Under the pieces are notes generated by a model. The model saw only the letters and a list, made by a program, of their open reading frames with translations. It was not told the DNA's origin and searched no databases. DNA of 64,000 bases from the human T2T-CHM13v2.0 reference genome, Homo sapiens. Positions within the stretch are counted from its first letter, which is position 1. Every line of letters starts with the position of its first letter. Shown here in pieces: positions 30,399 through 45,900 of this stretch. Made by a program: the position numbers and the translations under genes. The stretch is from the NCBI RefSeq assembly GCF_009914755.1, contig NC_060933.1; one strand, given 5' to 3'.

Positions 30399-31441
30399 TT
30401 TTTTTAATTAAAAAGTAAACTTTAATGTCGAAAATGCAAGCTTGAGGAGGGCAGAAAGATCACACACAAGGCTGTCACTTCACACTTGGAAGGTTGCACA
30501 GCAGCCGGGCAGAGACGCTCCTCACTTCCCAGATGGTGAGGGGGCTGGGCAGAGGCGCTCCTCACTTCTCAGACAGTGCAGGGGCTGGGCAGAGGCGCTC
30601 CTCCCTTACAAACGGTGAGGGGGCCGGGCAGAGGTGCTCCTCACTTTCCAGACAGGGGGGCGGCTGGGCAGAAGCGCTCCTCACTTCCCAGATGTGATGG
30701 TGGCCAGGCAGAGGCGCTCCTCACTTCCCAGAGTGTAAGGGGGCTGGGCAGAGGCACTCCTCGCTTTGCAGACTGTGAGGCAGCCGGGCAGAGGCGCTCC
30801 TCACTTCCCAGACAGGGCGGCGGCCTGGCAGAGGCACTCCTCACTGCCCAGACGGGGCAGGACCCAGGCAGAGGTGCTCCTCACTTCCCAGACTGTGAGG
30901 CAGCCGGGCAGAGGCACTCATCACTTCCCAGACAGGGCGGGAGCCGGGCAGGGGCGCTCCTCACTGCCCAGACAGTGCGGTGGCCAGGCAGAGGCGCTCC
31001 TCACTTCCCAGAATGTAAGGGGGCCGGGCAGAGGCACTCTTCGCTTCACAGACAGGACGGTGGCGAGGCAGAGGCGCTCCTTACTTCCCAGACAGGGCAA
31101 TGGCTGGGCAGAGGCGCTCCTCACTTCCCATACCATGAGGTGGCCAGGCAGAGTTGCTCGTCACTTCCCAGATGGGGTGGAGGCCAGGCAGAGGCAGTGC
31201 TCCTCCTCAATTCCCAGATGGTGGGCAGCTGGGCAGAGGTGCTCCTCACTTCCCAGACAGGGCAGTGGCCAGGCAGAGGCGCTCCTCACTTCCCAGACGG
31301 TGGAGCAGCCGGGCAGAGGCGCTCCTCACTTCCCAGATGGTGGGGCGGCTGGGCAGAGGCACTCCTCACTTCTCAGACGGTGGAGCAGCCGGGCAGAGGC
31401 GCTCCTCACTTCCCAGCTGGTGCAGGCAGAGATGTTCCTCA
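30399..31441 (-). mobile_element. SVA2-type retroposon (GC-rich VNTR + short unique 3' region + poly(A))
   Basis: SVA-type VNTR, then the unique tail gtgcaaccttccaagtgtgaagtgacagcc...gacattaaagtttacttttt and poly(A) on the minus strand; no SINE-R or CCCTCT hexamer; ~14-bp imperfect TSD gatctcgatctcct/ggtctcaatctctt. Confidence 0.85.
30500..31430 (-). repeat. VNTR of about 24 units, mostly 40 bp (core ggcagaggcgctcctcacttcccaga on +)
   Basis: gcagag core recurs at ~40-nt spacing from ~30509 to ~31425. Confidence 0.95.
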
Positions 31442-33354
31442 GGTCTCAATCTCTTGACCTCCTGATCCGCCCACCTGAGCCTCCCAAAGTGCTGGATTAC
31501 AGGCGTGGGCCACCACGCCTGCCCTGCCGTCTCTTCTTTCTCCTCATAAGCAGCTCTCTTAGTCTCCTGAATTTTGATGTTCTACTTAACATCCTCATGT
31601 TCTTATGCATGTTGCCCTGCTGGAGGCGTCCTTCTCTTTGGGAAGCCTGACCCACCAACAGTGCCTCAGGAGATAGAAATGGAAGCTTAGCCAGTGGGGG
31701 ACCCTCATCTCTATCCCACCTCAGTTGCAGGGGAGGGGTTGGTTGCAGCTGCAGCAGTGGCCCCGACAGTTTTCTTTTGCAGGACCTGTGGCTGGCAGCT
31801 CTGGGTGGAGAAGACCTACTTGATCCAAGAGCTGCAGGATCCTTGGGCTGCGTGTCCTCCCCCACCATCACCATCAGCTGGGCAGGTGGTCTTTACCCAG
31901 CACCTTCAAGGCCGCCTTCTCTGGCCACAGGGAGCAGCCCGGAACTGGGGCAGGGAGCACCGTTGGAAGTGGGTCAGGCTTCCCAAAGGGAAGGATGCCT
32001 CCAGCAGGGCTGTGTGAACTGGCGACTCCATGGCCCTTGGAGTAGAAACTCACTGCATGCACCTGGGCCTTGTCAGTCTGGTTGTTTTCTGTCAAGCTCT
32101 TGAGGTGGACATTTCCCTCCAAGGGCCTGGGATTGTACAAGGAGGAAGTGAGGTTTCCCTGAGTCTCCAGGGGCCTAGAGGTGGAGGCTGCTTCCCCATT
32201 GCTACAGGGGCCCCTTTTATTGTCCTCCTGCCCCTGGGTCTCTACCTGGTCTTTCACCTCCGTTGCTTCTTTGGGCTCTTTTGCCCTCACCTCCATCTTC
32301 GGGAGCCTGGCTGGGATCACCTGCTCATCTAATGAAGGAAGTCGGAGGTTAAACTTGCCTCTGAGACGAGGGATCCTCACGGGGCTGAGGTGTCCAAACA
32401 TCCTGGAGTTGTGAGCAGACAGCATGGGTTTCTTCCTTGAGGGGGGGCTCCAGACCACAGGAGGCAGGACCCTCTGTGGGGTGCCCGTGTTCCGAGGGAT
32501 AAGACAGCCTCATAGGGGCGCTGTCCCACCTGACTGGAAAAGAAGGCCTAAGATGTCACTGTCAGTTGAAGAGGAGTGGGAAACGGCCCCAGATTCCCGG
32601 GGCAGGCACAGGTGCAGGAGCCGCGGGGTGAGCCCGGCCAGCTGGGAAGGCCTCACGGACAAGACGAGCAGGTTGCCGATGGCATGGCCAGGACCTGCGG
32701 TGGGACCAGGAGCAAAATATGCTTAGTGAGTTGCCCATTTTGAGCAAGTTGTGCACAGATGAAACCAAGGGTCAGAAGTGGAGAGGATACTCCTAAGTCA
32801 CCCACTTCTCTGTGGCCGGGTGCACACTGGGCATCTGGGAGTTTATGACATCACCATGGGGCTGGTGACAGAGCCAGGGTGTGGAGGAGTGCTTAGGAGC
32901 CCAGCGAGGGTGCCTACAAGAGGAGTCAAAGGGCAAAGGGTGAGACCCTTCCACTGGTCCCCCTGGACTCTAGCCTCAGGGACATCCTGCTCCTGGGGGC
33001 AGGTGTGTGGCCTTGGATGGGCCTCCCTGTGGGGCTGTTGGGGGTGCGGGACTGATCTGCCAGAGCCCTTCCGCCTGGCGTCTGGCCCAGGTGCTGGCTG
33101 GCACCCAGTGGCCCTGTCTTGGCCGGCCCTGTCCCACGGGTTACAGGGCCAGAACCTGGAAGCAGAGCGCAGGACCAGCCAGATCCCGCCAGGCTCCCCG
33201 GGGGCCTCTCCAGTGCCTCTGTGCCACCTGGAGCCAGGCCCACCTTCTCCATGGCTGCTGTGGCCTCAAGGGCCACCAGCCTCACTCCGCAGGTTTCCAA
33301 AGAGAGGACGCGGTGCCCTGACCTGACTGGTTGCGCCTCTTACCACGTGCCTCC

Positions 33355-33475
33355 CTGGCAGGCAGGGTCTCCACTTTTTACAAATTTGCCTGAGACCATT
33401 CCTCAGGTCATTCAGGTGGTCATGGCCTAGCCAGGCTTTGAACCCGGGCTGTGCAATTCCACAGCTGGTGCTCTG
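33355..33475. mobile_element. MIR remnant
   Basis: caggtcattcaggtggtcatggcctagccaggctttgaacccgggctgtg. Confidence 0.55.
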
Positions 33476-34089
33476 GCCTGTGTGCCTCATGATCATGGAT
33501 ACAGCATCTATTCTTAATTTTTCCTGTAGTCCTGGGGTACTTAGCACCGTGGCATATCTGTAATAAGCACATGCACACCTCGAAGGAGGTCTTCACTTCA
33601 ACATACAAGTTGACCATGGCATGCTCTGGGCTCCAGTCCTCTACAAAGTTGTAGGGCAGGAACTACCAGTTGTCAGCACAGCACCATCCCACATTGCTCT
33701 TCTAATGGAGCCTTTCACCCCAGATGTTCTTTCTCGTCTGATGGGAAGGATCCAAGTATGTAAATATTATGTTCTAGATCAGCTTTGGTCTGTCCTAAAA
33801 GAAATTTGCCAGTGGATTATTCCATATGGATAAAAGTCAGTTTCTCTGGTCTTCCTGGAATGTGTCTAGAAAGCAAATACATTATTTACAAGTTCATAGT
33901 AGATCAATGTATTGGATTAAAATATGACAAACATAATTTGGTCATTGTGAGAATGCCAGCTCGGTCAACTATTCACCACACATGATGCCCTAAATATAAC
34001 TCTAGGTTTTCTTATGCCCAAGAGAGGGACATACTCTTGGGTGTCTGGACTAGGGAAACATGTATGAAAAACCATTTGGCCACTCTACA

Positions 34090-36697
<2,608 letters not shown>

Positions 36698-36699
36698 GC

Positions 36700-36817
36700 T
36701 AGAGATGGGGTTTCACCGTGTTGGTCAGGCTGGTCTCAAACTCCTGACCTCTGGTGATCTGCCTGCCTTGGCCTCCCAAAGTGCTGGGATCACAGGTGTG
36801 AGCCACCATACCTGACC
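36700..36817 (-). mobile_element. Isolated Alu left-arm fragment without tail
   Basis: Starts at tagagatggggtttcacc directly after L1 sequence. Confidence 0.85.
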
Positions 36818-36904
36818 TACCTTTTTTTTGTTTTGTTTTGTTAAGAAACTTGCTTATGTTGTTCTTTATTTTCTTCTTGACTTTTTTTTCCCCAGGTTTC
36901 CTTA

Positions 36905-37574
<670 letters not shown>

Positions 37575-38989
37575 TATATCCATTAATAGTAGGTGATTGA
37601 GACTGGCTCTCTGAAAACACATCTACACTCACTGTCCCCAGGCCTGGAATAGCTCCCGTCATGCCTTTGTGTGGATTAGGGGAAGGTACTCTTCCTCCAG
37701 CAAGTGCAGCAGCCTGGTGCAGACCTTGGGCTGTGGTGCCGATCCCTGAGTGCCCCTAACAGGACCCCAGCTCATGCAGCAGCCTTGCTCTGCCCTTTCT
37801 TCGGAAGTCTTCTAATGAGATGTGCATGCAGTGCCCCCACTTTTGCCTCTTACAATCACTCAGGAGATGACGGCAGGTGTACTTTCCTGCAGAAATAGAG
37901 AGATTGTAATCTTCTCTATTCTTTACTAATTGGCTAATAAGACAAAATGTCATGAACTCAAGAGGGGCCTTCACATTCCAAAAGAACTATCACACGGCTG
38001 GGCTGTGAACCAGGTTTGACTCCTCTGTTCTCCTTAAGCTGCTGGAAAACTTCGTGGCCATGAAATGCTTTGGTCATCTTTCATAGTGGCCAACTCTTGG
38101 CCATGTGCTTAATGCGAGGAGAACTGGAATTAGGTGGATAATATTTTATGTGAATCAGGAAACTCTTTAGGCATGAAGTTATTATCAAGTCAGCTCTGAA
38201 TATTCTATAAATATTTATTCTCTCAGAGGAAAATATTACTTCAAGACTGCCCAGTTTTTCTTAGATTTTATAGCCTTCTCAGTATTTTCTGGCTACATAT
38301 ATGGGGTTTCTAAAGAGGCTGTTACCTAAGCAATGACCTGTGTGTGTGTATGCACATGTATTAGTCACATTAAACACCCTAGTGGTATTTAATACCCAAT
38401 GGAATTGAAGAACAATGGAACCAATTGCACAATAAACCATCTTATAAGTTAAAATGGTCTCCATCTAATCAGGCCATAAATGTTGTGAAGAGTGTGTAGT
38501 TTGATGTTTCTCCTATATCTCAAGCTTCTAATGTAAATGAAGAGAACTTGGAGATGACAGACAGTGAAAATGACTTGCAGGAAAATCCTGAAGACTGTTA
38601 AGTAACAGGAGAGTTTCATGTTTGACAGTGTCTGGAAATGTTGAATCTGTTTCACTGGCTGACCTTGGCTTTCATGCGTGTTTGTAAGAAGGCTGCCTCA
38701 TTTTTACCCAGAAAAAAATGATTTTACTTTTTGTTTATCTGGGCTAGTTAATCTTTTTCCTCCAAAATATTTATTTAATATTTACTCTGGGCACAGCATT
38801 GCCTTGTGCAGTGTGTAAGGAATTCCTCAGTGGATTTATAACTGAGATGGGTATTTACAACATCATACCCAATATATAAAAATGAAACTTTTGCTCTTAA
38901 ATACATGGACTAATTTTGTAAAAAAAAAAAAAAATTCTTGTGCCTTTTCTTTGTGCAAGGCATGGTGCTAAGCACTTCTCTGCATATCA

Positions 38990-41932
38990 TTTGTTTTTCT
39001 CCAGATTAATTATCCACTCTTTCCTCAATTGCTCTCAGCACAGGATGGTGAATCTTCATAGATTACATTCATCCAGGGTCCCTTGCCTTTTGGCTTCTGA
39101 TATAGTTTGGATATTTCTCCCCTCCAAATCTCATGTTGAAATGTAATCCCCAATGTTGGAGGTGGGGCCTGATGGCAGGTGTTTGGATCATGGGGGTGGA
39201 TCCCTCATGAATGGGTTGGGCCATTTCCTTGGTGATAAGTGAGCTGTCACTCTGAGTTCACAGGAAATATGGTTGCTTAAAAGTGCATGACACCTCGCCT
39301 CCAACCCTCTCTCTCTTGCTCCTGCTTTTGCCATGTGACGTGGCAGCTCCCACTTCACCTTCTGCCATGAGTAAAAGCTTCCTGAGGCCTCCCCAGAAGC
39401 CAAGCAACGTCAGTGCCCTGCTTTTACAGCCTGGAGGACCATGAGCCAATTGAATCTCTTCTCTTTAGAAATTATCCAATCTCAGATATTTCTTTATAGC
39501 AATGCAAGAATGCCCTAATACATAAAATTGGTACTAGGCATGGAGTATTGCTTAAGATACTGGAAAATGTGGAAGCAGCTTTGGAATTGGGTAAAAGGTA
39601 GAAGTTGGAAGAGTTTGGAGGGCTCTGAAGAAGACAGAAAGATGAGATTAAGTTTGGAACTTCTTACAGACTGGTTAAATTGTTGACACCAAAATTCCGC
39701 TAGTGATATGGACAGTGAAGTCCAGGCTGATGAGAACTCAGATGGAAATGAGGAAGTTATTGGGAACTGGAGCAAAGATCAGCATGTTATGTTTTAGCAG
39801 AGAGGTTAGCTGCATTGTGTCCATACACTAGGGATCTGTGGAAGTTTGAACTTCAGAGTGATGATTTAGGCTATCTATCAGAGAAATTTCTAAACAGCAA
39901 AGCATTCAAGATGTGGCCTGGCTGCTTCTAACACCCATGCTCAGATACAGGAGCAAATAAATGACTTAAAGTTGGAATTTATATTTAAAAGGGAAGCAGA
40001 GTGTAAAAGTTTGCAGCCTGGCCATGTGGCAGAGAAAGAGAAAACCTTTCTGGGAGAGTAATTTAAGCAGTCCATGGAGCAACCACCGGCTAGAGATATT
40101 TGCATAACTAAAAGGGAGCCAAGTGCTAATAACCAAGACAATGGGAAAAAGCCTGGAAGGCATTTCAGAGACCTTCCTGGCAGACCCTCCCATTGCAGGC
40201 ACAGAGGTCTAGGAGGGAAAAATGATTTCATGGGCTAGGCCCAGAGCCCAGCTTCCCTGCACAGCCTCAGGACACTGCTCCCCATATCCCTGCTGCTCCA
40301 GCTCCAGCTGTGGCTCAAAGGGCCCCAGGTATAACACGAATGACTGCTTCAGCAACAAAGGGTAAAAGCTGTAAGCATTGGCATCTTTAATGTGATGTTA
40401 AGCCTGTAGGTGCACAGAGTGCAAGAGTGAAAAAGGCTCAGCAACCTCTGCCTAGATTTCAGAGGGTGTATGAGAAGGCTGGAGTGCCCAGGCAGAAGCC
40501 TGCTGCAGGGCTGGAGCCCTCACAGAGAACCTCTACTAGAGCAGTGTGGAGGGAAAATGTCGGGTTAGACCCCCACACAGTGTCCCAGCTGGTGCACTGC
40601 CTAGTGGAGCTGTGAGAAGGGGGCCACTGTCCTCCAGACCCCAGAATAGTAGATCCACTAACAACTTGCACCGTATGCCTGGAAAAGCTGTAGGAACTCA
40701 ATGCCAGCCCAGGAGAACAACCATGGGGGCTGAACCCTGCAGAGCTGCAGGGGCAGAGCTGCCCAAAGCTTTGAGCACCCACACCTCATATTAGTGTGCT
40801 CTGGATGCAGGACATAGAGTCAAAGGAGACTCTTTTGGAGATTTAAGATTTAATGGCTGCCTTGCTGGGTTTTGAACTCACATGGGGCCTGTAGCCCCTT
40901 TGTTTCAGCTGATTTAACTCTTTTGGAATGGGAATTACCCAATGCCTACACCCCCATTGTATCTTAGAAGTAAATAACTTGTTTTTTATTTTATAGGTTC
41001 ATAGATGGAAGGGACTTGCCTTGTCTCAGATAAGACTTTAGACTTTGGGCTTCTGAGTTAATGCTGAAATGAGTTAAAACTTTGGGGACTACTGGGAAGG
41101 CATGATAGTATTTTGCAATGTGAGAAGTCCATGAGATTTGTGGGAGGAAGGTGGGAATGATATAGTTTAGAGATTTGCCCCCACCCAAAACTCATATTGA
41201 AATGTAATCCCCAATGTTGGAGCTGGGGCCTGGTGGGAGGTGTTTGAATCATGGGGCAGGTTCCTCATGAATGGCCTGGGCCATCTCCTTGGTAATAAGT
41301 GAGCTTTCACTCTGAATTCACAGGAGATGTTGTTTAAAAGTGTGTGGCAACAACCCCCCAACTCTTTCTCTCTGTTGTTCCTGTTTTTTCCATTTGACAT
41401 GCCAGTTCCTGCTTCACCATCTGCCGTGAGTAAAAGCTCCCTGAGGTCTTTCCAGAAGCCAAGCGATGTTGTTGCCATGCTTGTATAGTGCACAGAACCA
41501 AAAGCCAATTAAACCTATTTATTTACAACTTATCCAGTCTGAGGCATTTCTTTATAGCAATGCAAGAACACCCTAATATAGCTTCCGTTAAATTTAGCCA
41601 ATGGGAGATGCTGGCATGAGATCTAGGGTGGGAAGAGAATGAAGTTGCAGTAGTTATCCTCCTTGCCACCTTCTTGCTAAATCATCTTAGATGGGTTGCT
41701 TTACTCACAGAGCCACCGTCCTTAGGTTCTTGTAAATGTTCACTGCTTTGCCCCTTAGGACTCAATAATGGCTCCCCATAATTTCTGCTGTTAGAGTATT
41801 GAACTGTCTTCTCTTGGCTAGGGAAAACATAAACCCTGCCCTCAGTTTTGCAAATGGTCTCTTTATTAAATTCAATACAAACTACCTAATTTTAATTTGC
41901 CATCTTTTCCTAGCTAGTCCTGAACTCATACA
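38990..41932 (+). mobile_element. LTR33-like ERVL LTR split by the MST element
   Basis: cccttgccttttggcttc | cgttaaatttagccaatggg is continuous across the MST insertion. Confidence 0.55.
39098..41580 (+). mobile_element. Full-length MST (MSTA/B-like) MaLR: LTR 39098-39522, internal 39523-41157, LTR 41158-41580
   Basis: Two homologous LTRs starting tgatatagttt, an MST-int body and a 5-bp TSD gcttc on both sides. Confidence 0.93.
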
Positions 41933-42560
41933 AAAGTAAATCAGATGGGTATCTAGTCTTCAAGGTGAAGATAAGCCATGTTTCAACATAAGTATGACAA
42001 GATAGAATTTAAGTAAGAGGCAGTGTAATACACCAGTGAGAACAGTCAACTTGAAATTAGGTTGTATAGATTATAATCACTGCTCTGCTTCTAGTTGTGA
42101 TTACCTGGGTAAAATACACGACTTCCTTGGATGACAGTTTCCCTAGGTATATAAAGAAACTAGATGTGCTCAAAATTCTCTCCAATGTTGAGATTTTATA
42201 CTGACTGCTCTCTTTGAGTTCTTTAAGAAAGTAGCAATTAAATGCTAGAAGGGAGTGGCAGCTAAAGTACCATGGAAACCTGGGGAAAACATAGATTAAC
42301 TCGTGACAAAATTACTAAGAGCAATGACATTTCTGAGGAAGAAGAGATTGCTGGAATAAGGGAAAGCTTCAGGGAACAGATGATGCATGGGAAATCTTTA
42401 TTTCATATGTTGGGTTAGAAAATCATTAAGTGAGTAAATAAGTGTTGGTAAATCTTCCTGAGTTAAAGCAAAGTCTGTGGAGTTCCTGACATTCCTTGTA
42501 GAGCCATCCAGCTATGGAACATGACTTAACTATGGTAGTTAGCAGGTACATGATGCCAGT

Positions 42561-42912
42561 TGTATTAGTCCATTTTCACACTACTGATAAAGACATACCC
42601 AACACTGGGAAGAAAAAGAGGTTTAATTGGACTTACAGTTCCACATAGCTGGGGAGGTGTCAGAACCATGGTGGGAGGCAAAAGACACTTCTTACATGGT
42701 GGTGGCAAGAGAAAATGAGGAAGATGCAAAAGCGGAAATTCCTGATAAAACCATCAGATCTTGTGAGACTTATTCACTACCACGAGAACAGTATGGGGAA
42801 ACCAAGCCCATGATTCAAATTATCTCTCACTGAGTTTCTCCCGCAACATGTGAGAATTATGGGAGTACAATTCAGGATGAGATTTGGGTGGGAACACAGC
42901 CAAACCATATCA
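42561..42912 (-). mobile_element. THE1A-like solo LTR
   Basis: tgtattagtcc...ccaaaccatatca; 5-bp TSD ccagt. Confidence 0.9.
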
Positions 42913-45900
42913 CCAGTGTTTCCTGAGTTGTCTCTGCAGAGACTCTTGTATCCACTTTAGGATACCTAAGATAACTGCTGCTCTTGCCAGAACATGTACT
43001 TCTGCTGCCTTTATATTTTCCTTAAGATCCCCTCTTTGCCTTCCATGTCACATGACATTGGATTTTCCAAAGCATCTGGACAGCTTCAGTGCTTCTTTGC
43101 TGATAATAACAGAGACTCTTCCAGGAGCAAAAAAGTTCTAAGCAATCTCCCTGTTGTGTTGAGCAAGAAGGGAGGGAGATAGTGTATTTCATGGGAACTC
43201 CTGAAGACAGAACTTGTATGACTGCCAGTTATGTAACTATTTAAGAAAAATTACTGATCTATTATTTATTAGGCATGATGTTGACCAAGCCCTCAGGGAA
43301 CTTAAGACTAGTAGAGGAAAGGGAAGGTTAATAAGAATACTTTAATCCAATGTTGTAAGCACTATGGTGTGACACAGTGGATGCCTAGATTATTATGGGA
43401 ACCCAGAGACCCTACATAACTCAGCTGGAAGGTGGGTGGGCTTGGAAGGAATCAGAGAAACTCCCTAAGAGATAATGCTAATATTAGCTCATTCAGAAAG
43501 GTTGTACAAGAGTTAGTCACAAGGAGAGAGAAGGGAAGGATGTTCACAATGAGAATAGGATGACCTAAACCTTGGAAGTATAAAATAGTGAGGGATGTGT
43601 TTGAATTGTGTGCGTATGGGTGTATCATGTGGACATAGACTAGCTTGGTGTATCAGAAGTATAATATAAATGTGGGTAAGTGTCCTTTTAAGGGTTAGTT
43701 GGGTGTTTATGTGCTAGCTGGAGAACCTAACCACACAAGATAGCCTTATTTGTCTGGGAAGTACATTTTAATATCCATTAAGTCAATTTAGGAAGGAGAT
43801 TGTGAGTGTAGTAGATGGGTAAGTTGAGGCTCCCTGTGCAGCATTTTTTCCCACACATCTCTTGGCAAGGAGCCTTGACAAATAGCAACAATAAAAGCTT
43901 TACATCTTTCAATCAATATATAATGGAATAATGTAATTCCATTCATGGATGATTTGGCAATCATACCGTCTTGCCAAAGAGGGGGAGATTGATGCACCCA
44001 GCCAAACAAAGGTCTGTGTGGCAAGGGAAGCTTGGTAACATGCTCTTGCAGTTTTCTCTGGGTTTGGGAATTATTGCTGTTTTTCTCACTTCTTGGTTTT
44101 AATGGGTGCCTGAGAAATACTCTGACTCCCAGGGCTTTGCAGGAAGGGGAAAAAACAGATTTAATGCTATTCTAAGTCTTTAGACACATTTACACATCCT
44201 CCATCTGCTTGGGAGGGAAAAAAATTCAGATTTCAATAACAAAAATTGTACAGGTCTTCCTTAAGGCAACAGAAAATGCATATGATAAGGGAATAGCCAT
44301 GAAGTGCAAAGGCGCATTTAGGTCTTAGTGCTTATTGACTGGAGCTGCAAAGAAGATGTGAAGGATGTGTGAAAAATCCCAAATAAAAGAGCTCGAGTAA
44401 CATACAATATGGATAAGAAAATGTGCTTTAAAGAAAATGCAACTGTAACAAATGAACATGGGTTATGGAAAAGAAGTGGGGCCGAGGACGAGCAGTGTGT
44501 GACAAGAATGACGATAAGCAATATTCTCTTCTTAGAAGTTTGGCTCGCAGAAACAATATTCTGTTCTGCAGTTATTGGTTTGCATTACATTTATTCAAAA
44601 TACAATTTGAAATGCAAGAATCATGAACTAGACCTACTTTTCCTCTTCTCCCTTGCTACCTGTAAGGGAGATTTCAATCTTACAACCACTGAAAACCATA
44701 ATCAATGTGAAGAGGGATTGGGATGGCTACAGTACCAGTCCTAGGAGGAGGCTAGAAAGCACAAAACCTCACAATTCCCTGTCAGGCTGGTATAGGGCAT
44801 GTTGAACCAACAATCACATTCAAGGTAGACATTTGATGGGAAGTATATTAAATGTGTGCTACTGCTTATAAAGACTTTCTGGGATGAAATACTGGATGTG
44901 TTTTAGGTTGGTTACAGCCAATCTGGTGAACTTGTGCAGCACATTGTGAAATGTCACTTTTCTATTTAAACTCAAAAAAGGCAATGGATTCACGTGCTTA
45001 CCAGTTGTCATTTACATGGTATTCTACAGCATAAGCCCATCTGATTCATAGCATATACCTTGTGTGCCAGCTATGTATAACAGCCTTGATATTAGCACCT
45101 GGCCAACTGTTTAGGACCTTAAAGAATTTTTAGAGTCCCTCTCTCCCCTTCACCATAGGCCTGGAAGAGATTTTTTAAAAGACTGCATATAAGTTCCATC
45201 ATTTTTGGGGGGTGGATTCTTATGAGATTTTAGCCACTGGGATTCATGTCAAACCAGATAAATTTCCATTAGCCCACACCCTTGGCTTGGTGAGACAGAA
45301 CGGTGCCTATACGAAACGAATATCTTGGCCAACAACCAGCCTCTGCCAACAGAGCCCATGTCTCACCTTCTTGTATGACAGGCAACTCTCTGGATCTGCC
45401 TTGCTCGTGGCTCACCCCTGCTTTTTGCCACCCATCCTGCTAGCACCCTAACCGTGACTCAGCCACTTTGTAACTTCCAGCCCTGACATGGTAACTATTT
45501 GTGTTTCTCATGCAGCTTGGTGAATCCCACTGACAAGTTTTGGGGCATACATCCAGTTTACCTAGTACTTAGTCTAGGAACTCCTGCAGCCAGACATTGT
45601 ATTCACTGGAAGTTCTTTACTACATTTCTCTCTGCCGTGTAGGCAGAGCTAAAGGAATTTCCCTGACATTGAATGTATACTCTCAGGGTAGGCATTCAGA
45701 GTTTTTTTAAGACCACTTAATTCACAAACATTTACTGTATTCTTAAGAGATGCCAGGTATTGTTAGGGTTATAAATTATAACTGAGGTGTGGCTAAGAGT
45801 GTAGTAGGAAAGAAAATGGATGCAGGTAGCTGTAATTAGAAGATGATTGACAGTAGGTCAGTAATCTTAGAGACAAACCCTAAATGGAGACACCATAGGA

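Noticed and set aside
30500-31430. CRISPR-like repeat-spacer appearance
   Set aside because: The variable parts are short and related to each other, this is an SVA-type VNTR in human DNA, and no cas genes are present.
30399-31523. Canonical SVA (A-F) element
   Set aside because: There is no CCCTCT hexamer, antisense Alu-like domain or SINE-R; the adjacent Alu sequence is the interrupted target.
30576-31650. Two ~293-aa ORFs on the + strand
   Set aside because: They arise from the stop-poor 40-bp GC-rich VNTR; the peptides just cycle through three frames of the repeat.
32778-33430. Overlapping 100-180 aa ORFs on both strands
   Set aside because: Expected in GC-rich DNA; mostly non-ATG starts and no recognisable domain.
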